Positions 18,493 to 25,549 of a stretch of DNA of 27,928 nucleotides are shown here, piece after piece (position 1 is the first letter of the stretch; each line of letters starts with the position of its first letter). The notes under the pieces are model-generated. The model was not told the DNA's origin and made no database searches. It saw nothing but the letters and a program-made list of their open reading frames with translations. Source of the DNA: an uncultured Planctomycetaceae bacterium (GTDB lineage Bacteria; Planctomycetota; UBA1135; GCA-002686595); NCBI GenBank assembly GCA_964528575.1, contig CAZGTQ010000264.1:1-27928 (forward strand), given 5' to 3'. The position numbers were made by a program, and so were the translations under genes.

Positions 18493-20196
18493 ATGGCCGC
18501 CATGCCCCAGACCGCCGTGCCCGACCCCGCGCGCACACTCGCCGCGCGCCTCGAGGTCGCGGGGGTCGTGCTCCTGTTCCTCGCCGCGCTCTACCCGCGC
18601 CTGCGCGACTTCGACGCGCCGTTCGACCGTCAGTTCGAGGGCTTCCAGGGCGCGTTCTTCGCGACCTGCGCGATCAACTACGAGCGGCTGGGCGTCGGCG
18701 CGCTGGCCGGCTACCCCGTCGTCAACGTCGCGCTCGATCCCGAGCGGCCCGAGACGTGGTACGAGTACGCGAACCACCCGCCGGCGGTGCCGCTGCTCGC
18801 GTGGGCGAGCGCGCGGGCGTTCGGCCCGGAGGGCTGGCGCGACGCGTGGCGGGAGGAGCGCGCTCCGGTCGGGCTCGAGCCGTCCCTGCGCCTGCCGTTC
18901 CTCGCGCTGCACCTGGTCGGCTTGCTCGCGGCGTGGTGGGCGGTGCGCGAGGCCCACGGGCCGCGGCCGGCGCTGCTCACGCTCGCGCTGCTCGCCGTGC
19001 TGCCGCTCTCGGCGCTCTACGCGACGCTCGTCAACTACGAGAACCCGGCGCTCGCGTTCGTGCTGCTCGGGACGGCGTTCTTCGCGCGCTGGGCGAAGGC
19101 GCGCGAGCGGCGCTCGCGCGCGCTCGCCGCCGCCGCGCTCTGCTTCGGCCTCGCCGGCTGCGTCACGTACACCGGCGCGTTCTTCGTCGTTGCGCTCGTG
19201 CTCGAGCGGCTCGTCCGGCGGCGCGTGCGCGACGCGATCCTCGTCGCGGCGGCGCTCGGCGGCGCGACGCTCGTGCCGCTCGCCGTGCACGCCGTCTGCT
19301 CGGCGCACGCGCTCGAGCTCGCGGGCGCGAGCCCGACGCTGCTCGGCGACCGCGTGGGCGCGATGCTCGGGCCCCTCCTCGACGGGAGCGTGCCGCTCCC
19401 CCGCTGGCTCGCGGCGCAGCTCCACAACGCCGTGCGCGTGTTCTCGTGGCCGCTCGTCGCGTGCGCCGCGGCGGGCGCGGTGCTCGCGCTCGTGCCGCGG
19501 CGCGCGCGCGGCGACGAGCGCGAGCGCGTCTCCCTCGCCCTGCCCCTGTTCGCCGGCGGCGCGCTCACGCTGTTCGCGTTCTACCGCCACACGTCGAGCG
19601 TCCCGGGCCAGGACAACTTCTTCCTCAACGTCGCGCCGGGCGCGTGCGCGCTCGCGGCGCTCGTCTTCGACCGCCTCGCGACGCCCCTTGCGCGCCTGCG
19701 CGCCGGCATCGCGCCGCTCGTCGTCGCCGTCGGCCTCGTCGCGATGCCCGCGCTCGCCCGCATGGAGGCGCTGCGGTACGAGTGGCGCGCGCCCGGTCCC
19801 GCCGACGTGCCGCCGGGCGCGGTTGCGCCGGGCCCCCCCGTGCCGCTGCCCGTGACGAACGGCCGCGAGCTCGCCGAGCTGCTCCCGCCGCGGAGCGCGA
19901 CGCTCTACCCCGAGGCGCTGGGCCTCAACACGGCGACGTTCTACTACGCGTGGCGGACGATGTACCCGATCGCGCACCCCGACGGTGCCTCGCTCGCGCA
20001 GCAGTTCTTCCACTCGCTCGGCCTCGAGCGCGCGCCGACGTACCTCGCGCTGCCGCGCGACCCCCCGCCGGCCGCGCGGCCCGGCGTCGAGTCGCTGCGG
20101 GCCGCGTTTGCCGAGCGGCTCCCCGCGCTCGCCGAGCGGCCGCCCGAGCGCGAGACCGCGCGCTGGGTCGCGTACCGGCTGAATCCGGACCGCTGA
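18493..20196 (+). CDS. ArnT/PMT_2-like (GT-C fold, GT83/GT39-related) polyprenyl-phosphate-sugar-dependent glycosyltransferase
   Basis: About 567 aa from ATG 18493. N-terminal region resembles the 4-amino-arabinose/mannosyltransferase family (DFDAPFDRQFEGFQGAFFATCAINYERLGV ... YEYANHPPAVPLLAWASARAFGPEGW ... LPFLALHLVGLLAAWWAVRE). Many TM helices. Confidence 0.6.
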   Translation: MAAMPQTAVPDPARTLAARLEVAGVVLLFLAALYPRLRDFDAPFDRQFEGFQGAFFATCAINYERLGVGALAGYPVVNVALDPERPETWYEYANHPPAVPLLAWASARAFGPEGWRDAWREERAPVGLEPSLRLPFLALHLVGLLAAWWAVREAHGPRPALLTLALLAVLPLSALYATLVNYENPALAFVLLGTAFFARWAKARERRSRALAAAALCFGLAGCVTYTGAFFVVALVLERLVRRRVRDAILVAAALGGATLVPLAVHAVCSAHALELAGASPTLLGDRVGAMLGPLLDGSVPLPRWLAAQLHNAVRVFSWPLVACAAAGAVLALVPRRARGDERERVSLALPLFAGGALTLFAFYRHTSSVPGQDNFFLNVAPGACALAALVFDRLATPLARLRAGIAPLVVAVGLVAMPALARMEALRYEWRAPGPADVPPGAVAPGPPVPLPVTNGRELAELLPPRSATLYPEALGLNTATFYYAWRTMYPIAHPDGASLAQQFFHSLGLERAPTYLALPRDPPPAARPGVESLRAAFAERLPALAERPPERETARWVAYRLNPDR

Positions 20197-20219
20197 CGGC
20201 TCGGCACGCCGGAGTCAGC
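20192..20219. terminator. Bidirectional hairpin between convergent genes, containing both stop codons
   Basis: gctgac (20192-20197) ... gtcagc (20214-20219) form a 6-bp outer stem with an inner ggc/gcc stem. TGA 20194-20196 (+ gene) and TGA 20217..20215 (- gene) lie inside the stem. Confidence 0.35.
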
Positions 20220-20970
20220 ACGGTCCCGCGTCCGCCGACGCGGGCGCCGCGGGCGCCGCCGCCGCCGGCGCCGCGGGGCCGCCCTGGAACAGCGGCAGCA
20301 AGGTCGGCGCGATCTTCGTGTAGAGCGCGGCCGTCGCGCGCACGTCGCGCAGGCAATACTCGCCGATGTCCTCGATGCGGCCGTCGCGGTACGCGCGCGC
20401 GATCTGGCTCCCGTCGATCGAGCCTTTGGGGCTGTCGACGTCGAAGCGGCGGCACCAGAAGTCGAGCGAGTAGCGGTCGCGCACGGCGCCCTGGAACGTG
20501 AACACGTCGAGCAGGTCGCAGTGCTGCGCGATCGTGTAGCGGTTGCCGACGAGCTGCAGGCTCGGGCGCACGCCGAGCTGCGCGGAGCGGATCATCAGCA
20601 TCGGCCCGTCGTAGCAGCGGCCGTTGTACGAGACGAGGCGCGGGCGCTTGCGGCCGACGACCTCCCAGAACTTGCGGAGGAGCTCCTCCTCCTCGCCACG
20701 GAAGACGTCGCTGTGCGCGACGCGCTCCCACTCGCGCTGGGGCTCGCTCTCGCCCTCCAAGAGCACGAGGCCGCGCTCCGCTTCGACGTTCCACAGGCCG
20801 ATCGCGATGATCTTGCCGAGCCCGGGGACGAGCGCCGTGCGCTCGGGCACCGCATCGCGCTCGCGCTCGTCGCGCGCGCGCTCGAGCAGGTAGCCGCGCG
20901 TGATCTCGTCCACGTCCTCCCACAGGTGGCCCGCGACCTCGATGTCGAAGGCGATCGTCGCGTCGCTCAT
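20215..20970 (-). CDS. DEDDy-type 3'-5' exonuclease, PolB-exonuclease-domain-like (COG3298/YprB-like, RNase H fold)
   Basis: 251 aa. Exo I FDIEV, Exo II-like YNGRCYDGPML, Exo III YCLRD (Y-x3-D). Pro/Ala-rich C-terminal tail. GGAGG RBS 4 nt upstream. ATG 20970..20968 overlaps the TGA of the upstream phosphatase gene (ATGA). Confidence 0.7.
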   Translation of the reverse strand: MSDATIAFDIEVAGHLWEDVDEITRGYLLERARDERERDAVPERTALVPGLGKIIAIGLWNVEAERGLVLLEGESEPQREWERVAHSDVFRGEEEELLRKFWEVVGRKRPRLVSYNGRCYDGPMLMIRSAQLGVRPSLQLVGNRYTIAQHCDLLDVFTFQGAVRDRYSLDFWCRRFDVDSPKGSIDGSQIARAYRDGRIEDIGEYCLRDVRATAALYTKIAPTLLPLFQGGPAAPAAAAPAAPASADAGPC

Positions 20971-22364
20971 TCGTCCTCCCCGTCGTCGAGGTAACCGAGC
21001 GCCCGCAGGTTCTCGATGAACTGCTGGTCCATGCCCTCGCGGGGCACGCGCGCAGCCGTCGGCTCGCGGAACGCCGGGTCGGGGTTCGCGCCGATGCGCA
21101 GCGGGTGGTCGCGGCGCCAAACCTCCTCGAGCGTCGTCTCGAGCGGATTGCGGCCGCGGTCGGCGTACGGCCAGTGCTCGGGCACCGGCAGCTCGAGCAT
21201 CCGCAACAGGAGCGGCGCGACGCCGAGCACGTCGCCGATCGATTCGCGCGGCGTGCCGAGCAGGCTCCCGCGCTGTCGAACGAGCGGCCCGGCGGCGGCG
21301 AAGATCCCGGGCGGCGCATCCTGGTGGTGGCCCGAGTTCGGGTTGTCGGGCTGATTCCACATCTCGAGGTCCGCGTGCATGCCGTGGTCGGAGAGCACGA
21401 TCACGTTCGCGTCCGGCGGCGCCGCGGCGACGAGCTCGCCGATCATGCGGTCGGCCGCCGCGTACGCGCTCGGGACGAAGTCGCTGTACTCGGCGAGATC
21501 CGCCGGCGGGATCCGGTCGGCGTAGCCCATGTCCTGCGGCCGCCAGTAGCGCCAGAAGCGGTGCCCGGCGACGTCGGGGATCGCCAGGTACACGAGCACG
21601 AGGTCGCCCGGCTCGTGCTCGAGGAAGTGACGGCCGATCGCCGCGAACGAGCGGTCGGCCGCGAACGTCCACATCAGGTCGTTGATGCCGCGCGCGGGCA
21701 CGACGCCCGGGTCGCGCTCGGGCCGCGGGAAGGCCTCCCAGAACGTGCGCTTCACGTCCTGCTCGTCCTCGATCCAGCCGACGAACGGCTCGACCTCCGC
21801 CGCGAGCGCGGGCGGATACGTCTGCTCGGGCAGGTCGCGCCACAAGTTGCCCTTCCACACGATCTGCGCCTGCGACTGCGCGGCGTAGCTCGCGACGACG
21901 CGGCCGCGGACCGCTTCCGCGGGCCACGAGACCCACCAGCCGACCACGTCGACCGTCCGTCCGGCGTCCGACACGATGTTCCACAGCGCCGGGACCTTGC
22001 GGCAGTTGCTCGTGAACGGGAGCCCGTCCTCGGTGAGGAAGTCGACGATGCCGTGGGCCTGGGGGAGCTGGCCGGTCGCGACCGTCGTCCAGATCACGGG
22101 GGAGTACGTCGGCTCGAGCGTGTGCAGCGTGCCGAGCACTCCGCGCTCGGCGATGCGCGCGAGGTTCGGCATGCGTCCGGCGTCCAGGAGCTCGTCGACG
22201 ATCGCCGGCTCGAGCCCGTCGACGGCGATCACGACGAGCGGCGCGCGCTCGGCGGCGTCGGCGTCGGCCGCGCGGTCGTGGCAGCCGGCGAGCGCCAGCG
22301 CCAGCGCCGCCGCGACGACGGCCGCGGGGCGCCGCGGGCGGGGCCGAGGCACGGGGGGAGCCAT
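20967..22364 (-). CDS. Alkaline-phosphatase-superfamily lipoprotein (type I phosphodiesterase / nucleotide pyrophosphatase-like)
   Basis: 465 aa. Signal peptide with lipobox (LALALAGC). Metal-site motifs VVIAVDGLEP, TLEPTYSPVIWTTVATG, AIPDVAGHRF, VIVLSDHGMHAD. Confidence 0.8.
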   Translation of the reverse strand: MAPPVPRPRPRRPAAVVAAALALALAGCHDRAADADAAERAPLVVIAVDGLEPAIVDELLDAGRMPNLARIAERGVLGTLHTLEPTYSPVIWTTVATGQLPQAHGIVDFLTEDGLPFTSNCRKVPALWNIVSDAGRTVDVVGWWVSWPAEAVRGRVVASYAAQSQAQIVWKGNLWRDLPEQTYPPALAAEVEPFVGWIEDEQDVKRTFWEAFPRPERDPGVVPARGINDLMWTFAADRSFAAIGRHFLEHEPGDLVLVYLAIPDVAGHRFWRYWRPQDMGYADRIPPADLAEYSDFVPSAYAAADRMIGELVAAAPPDANVIVLSDHGMHADLEMWNQPDNPNSGHHQDAPPGIFAAAGPLVRQRGSLLGTPRESIGDVLGVAPLLLRMLELPVPEHWPYADRGRNPLETTLEEVWRRDHPLRIGANPDPAFREPTAARVPREGMDQQFIENLRALGYLDDGEDE

Positions 22365-22395
22365 GCCGCAGGTATAAGGCGGCGCCGGACGCGGC

Positions 22396-22530
22396 GCCAG
22401 GGCGCGTCGGGTAGGACGCGCGCCGAGTGGCCGGCGCGTCGCCTACGACGCGCGAGTGTGGCCGGCGCGTCGGGTACGACGCGCGAGTGTGGCGGTTTGC
22501 CGGCGCTCGGCGCTACGACGCGCGCCGGGC
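22396..22530. repeat. Tandem array of about 31-bp GC-rich palindromic repeat units (2 near-identical + 2 degenerate copies)
   Basis: Units gccggcgcgtcgcctacgacgcgcgagtgtg (22430-22460) and gccggcgcgtcgggtacgacgcgcgagtgtg (22461-22491) differ only at cc/gg. Each carries an internal 8-bp inverted repeat gcgcgtcg-NNNN-cgacgcgc. Degenerate copies flank them at 22401-22429 and 22492-22530; the last overlaps the Arg-rich 3' end and stop of the protease gene. Confidence 0.5.
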
Positions 22531-24714
22531 CGCCGGCGTGCGCGCGCGCACGCCCAGGACGACGAGCAGGGCGATGAGCCACCACGAGCCGAGCAGCGCG
22601 TCCGACGCGCGGAAGTCGCCGGCGGAGCCGGCCGCGTGGCAGCCGCCGCCGCCGCCGCCGGTGGACGCCGCGTTGAACGTGAACGCGCTCGCCAGGACGG
22701 ACGCCTGCTGCGTCACGTCGTCGCGGACGAGCACGTGCACCTGACCCGCGGCGTGGGCCGGCGTCGTCACGGTGAGCGTGCCCGCGTCGACGAACGTCAC
22801 GCTCGCCGCCTCGATCCCGCCGAGGCCGGTGTCCTTGGCGACGCCGAAGAACACGCGGCTGTCCGCGGTGAATCCCGAGCCGCTGATCGTGACCGTGCGG
22901 CCGCCCTCCGCCTTGCCCTGGGCCGGGGCGATGGCCGCCAGGGCGGGGTCGGCCTGCGCGGCGTAGACGAACGAGCTCGTCGCGAGTCCCCCGCCGGGGT
23001 TCTCGACCTCGAGCATGTACGGCCCGCCCGGCAGACCGCCCTCGGTCGTGACGCGCACGCGCTTGGCGCTGTCGACCGCGACGCCGCTCTGCTCGATGCC
23101 GTCGATGCGCACGACGGCGCCCGCCATGAACTGCGCGCCGCGCACGACCAGCTCGGTGCCGCCCGCAGCGGCGCCCGCGGGCGGGAACACCGAGTCGATC
23201 GCCGGGTTGGCCGACGCGACGAACGCGCCCACGCCACGGCCCTCGACGCCGCTCGCGTCGACGACGACGACGTCGTAGGTCCCGGCGGCCGTCGCGCCCG
23301 TCGTGAGCTGGATCGTCGTGTCGTTCACGACCGTCGCGTCGTCGCCGTCGGTGTAGACGCGCTCGCCGATCACGACGCGCGCGCCCGGCCGCAAGCCGGT
23401 GCCGGTGATCGTGAGAGCGGTGCCCCCCTGGAACGCGCCGACGCCGGGCGAGACGTCGCTCACCGTCGGGTTCGGCGGCGTGAGCTCGATCGCCGCGGGC
23501 AACACGTCGATGTCGCCCGACGGGTCGGTCACCGTCAGGTCGACGTGCCCGATCGGCGTGCCGGGCGGGACCGTGACGAGGAACATCACCTGCGTCCCGA
23601 GCCAGCTCGTCGGCGAGACGACGACGTTCGGGTCGCTCGACTCGATCGTCGAGCCGACGACGAGCCCGGAGCCGCCGAGAGTGCGCGCCACCGTCGAGCC
23701 GATGACGCCGCGCTTGGGCAGCGCGTCGGTGATACGGCCGAGGTTGAGCGCGATCGGGGGCGGCACGACGAGCGTGCCGAGGTCGACCGCGTCGCCGCCG
23801 GAGACCGTCGCGCTCGAGCCGTAGAACGCCGCCGCGAAGTTCGTCTGGATCGTCTGGCCGCCGACGAAGTTGGCGCCCGACACGGGCTCGTCGAGCGGAT
23901 GCGCGTAGACGACGTACGTGCCGTCGGAGAGACCGCGCAGGGCGAAGCCGCCGCCGTCGTTCGTGATCGTCGAGGCGTACGTGCGGCCGGCCGCGTCGCG
24001 CGCGACGACGTGCGCGCCGGCGACCGGGTTGCCGTTGCTCTCGCGCTCGACCGTCCCCGTGATCCGTCCGAAACCGCCGTTCGAGGGATACGCGTCGCGC
24101 AGCCCGGTGACCTCGTCGCGCGACGGGCTGCGCTGGAGCACGGCGAGCGGCTGCACGAACGGGAACATGCTCGCCCCCGCCCAGCCGCTGTGGTCGAGCC
24201 CGAGCAGGTGACCCAGCTCGTGCGTCGCGACGTCGGCGACGTCGTAGCGGCCCGCTTCTCCGCTCGTCGTGAAATCGAATCCCGCCCCGTTGAAGAGCAC
24301 GTCGGCGTCATCGATCGCGCCGTTGCCGAAGAAGAAGATCGGCGTGACCGCGACCGTCTGCGAGCCGCCGGGGAAGAAGCCCGAGGCGTTGCTCTCGTCG
24401 AACAGGATCAGGTGGATGTCGTTCGCCTGCCAGTCGGTGCGCGCCTGCTGCCCCGCCGCGCTCGTCTCGACGAGCTGCGCCTCGGTGCCGCCGATGGAGT
24501 TCCACGCCTCGATCGCGAGCCGCAGCGCGCCGACGTGGCTGCCGTCCGCGATGGAGTCCGACCCCGTCGAGTTGATCACGATCCCGACGTCGCTCGGCGT
24601 GGTCCAGAAGAGCGCGCTCCCGGTCCCGGGGTGGCGCAGCCGCACGTGCGCGCCCGCGGCCCCGGCGAGCGCGACGAGACCCGCCCCGAGGATCCAACGC
24701 GTGCGCCGCCGCAT
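22513..24714 (-). CDS. Secreted metzincin (M10/matrixin-like) zinc metalloprotease with carboxypeptidase-regulatory-like and multiple IPT/TIG domains and a MYXO-CTERM sorting signal
   Basis: 733 aa. Signal peptide (MRRRTRWILGAGLVALAGAAGA). Zinc site HELGHLLGLDHS plus Met-turn SMF. Beta-sandwich GRITGTVERESNGNPVAGAHVVARDAAGRTY. At least four IPT/TIG-like repeats (PTVSDVSPGVGAFQGGTALTITGTGL ..., PAIDSVFPPAGAAAGGTELVVRGAQF ..., PALAAIAPAQGKAEGGRTVTISGSGF ...). C-terminal GGGGGGCHAAGSAGDF ... WWLIALLVVLGVRARTPAARRAS shows the MYXO-CTERM pattern. Confidence 0.85.
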   Translation of the reverse strand: MRRRTRWILGAGLVALAGAAGAHVRLRHPGTGSALFWTTPSDVGIVINSTGSDSIADGSHVGALRLAIEAWNSIGGTEAQLVETSAAGQQARTDWQANDIHLILFDESNASGFFPGGSQTVAVTPIFFFGNGAIDDADVLFNGAGFDFTTSGEAGRYDVADVATHELGHLLGLDHSGWAGASMFPFVQPLAVLQRSPSRDEVTGLRDAYPSNGGFGRITGTVERESNGNPVAGAHVVARDAAGRTYASTITNDGGGFALRGLSDGTYVVYAHPLDEPVSGANFVGGQTIQTNFAAAFYGSSATVSGGDAVDLGTLVVPPPIALNLGRITDALPKRGVIGSTVARTLGGSGLVVGSTIESSDPNVVVSPTSWLGTQVMFLVTVPPGTPIGHVDLTVTDPSGDIDVLPAAIELTPPNPTVSDVSPGVGAFQGGTALTITGTGLRPGARVVIGERVYTDGDDATVVNDTTIQLTTGATAAGTYDVVVVDASGVEGRGVGAFVASANPAIDSVFPPAGAAAGGTELVVRGAQFMAGAVVRIDGIEQSGVAVDSAKRVRVTTEGGLPGGPYMLEVENPGGGLATSSFVYAAQADPALAAIAPAQGKAEGGRTVTISGSGFTADSRVFFGVAKDTGLGGIEAASVTFVDAGTLTVTTPAHAAGQVHVLVRDDVTQQASVLASAFTFNAASTGGGGGGCHAAGSAGDFRASDALLGSWWLIALLVVLGVRARTPAARRAS

Positions 24715-25319
24715 CACTCGTCCTCCGTGCGGGCGAACGCCGCCGCGCGCCGCGCCGCCGCGGCGGCCTCGAGCCGCGCGAGGACGTCGGCGTAGTCGAG
24801 GACCCCCAGCGCGCCCGGCTCGTGCACCGTTCCGCCGGGGTCGACGAGCCCGAGCGCCCCGAGCTCGCGCACGAGCACCTTGTCGCCGTCCGCTCCGCTC
24901 GCGACGCGCAGGCGCCCCTGCGCCAGGCCGACCGGCATGCGTGCGCCGTCGGCGGACGCCTCGCTGAAGAACAGGAGCGAGCGCTCGCCCGCCGCGAGCC
25001 GCGGCAGGCCGGGCACGAGCATCCCGCGCCCGTCGGAAAGCACGCCGCCCGGCACGCGCACCGCGCGCGCGGGGACGTCGTCGCCCCAGAACGTGCGGTC
25101 GACGTCGAGCTCGTACTCGGTCTCGATGCGCCCGTCGGGCTGCTCGAGCGTGCGCACGCCGACGACGCGCGCCTCGACCGCGAGGTCCGCGTGCTGCAAC
25201 AGGCCCTCGACGTCGAGACGGACCGCGGTGCTGGCCCCGACCGAGGGTGCCTCGCCGCCGCCGGCGAGCCGATGGCCGGCCGCCGCGGACACGACCAGGA
25301 GAACGAGCAGGATGCGCAT
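24714..25319 (-). CDS. Hypothetical secreted protein, translationally coupled upstream partner of the metalloprotease
   Basis: 201 aa. Signal peptide MRILLVLLVVSAAAG. Stop TGA 24716..24714 overlaps the protease ATG 24714..24712 by 1 nt. GAGGG RBS upstream. No recognisable catalytic motifs. Confidence 0.55.
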   Translation of the reverse strand: MRILLVLLVVSAAAGHRLAGGGEAPSVGASTAVRLDVEGLLQHADLAVEARVVGVRTLEQPDGRIETEYELDVDRTFWGDDVPARAVRVPGGVLSDGRGMLVPGLPRLAAGERSLLFFSEASADGARMPVGLAQGRLRVASGADGDKVLVRELGALGLVDPGGTVHEPGALGVLDYADVLARLEAAAAARRAAAFARTEDE

Positions 25320-25420
25320 GCGTGTACCCTCGGGGACAGCCGCGGGCGGAGCGCCGCACGGCGGGTGCGTGTCCCATCGGGAAGCGCGCTACGCCGCCTT
25401 GAGACCGCCTCGCGCGGCGC

Positions 25421-25449
25421 GGCGCAAATGCGCAAATGCGTTCAATGCG
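25421..25449. promoter_or_regulatory. AT-enriched direct repeats gcaaatgc / gcaaatgc / gttcaatgc upstream of the secreted-protein/protease operon
   Basis: Three tandem copies of an 8-9-bp motif in a genome where such AT-rich words are rare. Located about 100 bp upstream of ATG 25319 on the coding strand: a candidate operator or promoter element. Confidence 0.3.
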
Positions 25450-25481
25450 CGAGGGCGCGCGGCTCTAGGCCGCGCGCCCTC
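25450..25481 (-). terminator. Perfect 14-bp-stem hairpin downstream of the EF-hand protein gene
   Basis: cgagggcgcgcggc (25450-25463), loop tcta, gccgcgcgccctcg (25468-25481): perfect inverted repeat. Lies 70-100 nt past stop 25550 on the minus-strand transcript. No U-tract, as usual for high-GC terminators. Confidence 0.4.
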
Positions 25482-25549
25482 GTCGTGCGTCTCGCGCGGC
25501 TCGGCCGTGCGAGGCGAATGCGGTCGGCAGGACCGCCGCATGGAAAGGA

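Noticed and set aside
16795-20501. 1133-aa + ORF 16795..20196, plus 18123..20501 (+), 18400..20013 (-), 17549..18538 (-)
   Set aside because: The genuine genes are the two hydrophobic membrane proteins in the frames starting 16940 and 18493. The other frames give Arg-rich nonsense typical of GC-rich membrane-protein genes.
19925-22577. ORFs 19925..21319 (-), 20215..21984 N-terminal 338 aa (-), 21105..22577 (+)
   Set aside because: Off-frame over the exonuclease and phosphatase genes. The DEDDy motifs start only at MSDATIAFDIE (ATG 20970).
22456-24795. 779-aa + ORF antisense to the metalloprotease
   Set aside because: Antisense of a gene with clear HExxH, TIG and MYXO-CTERM features. The translation is Arg/Asp-rich low complexity.
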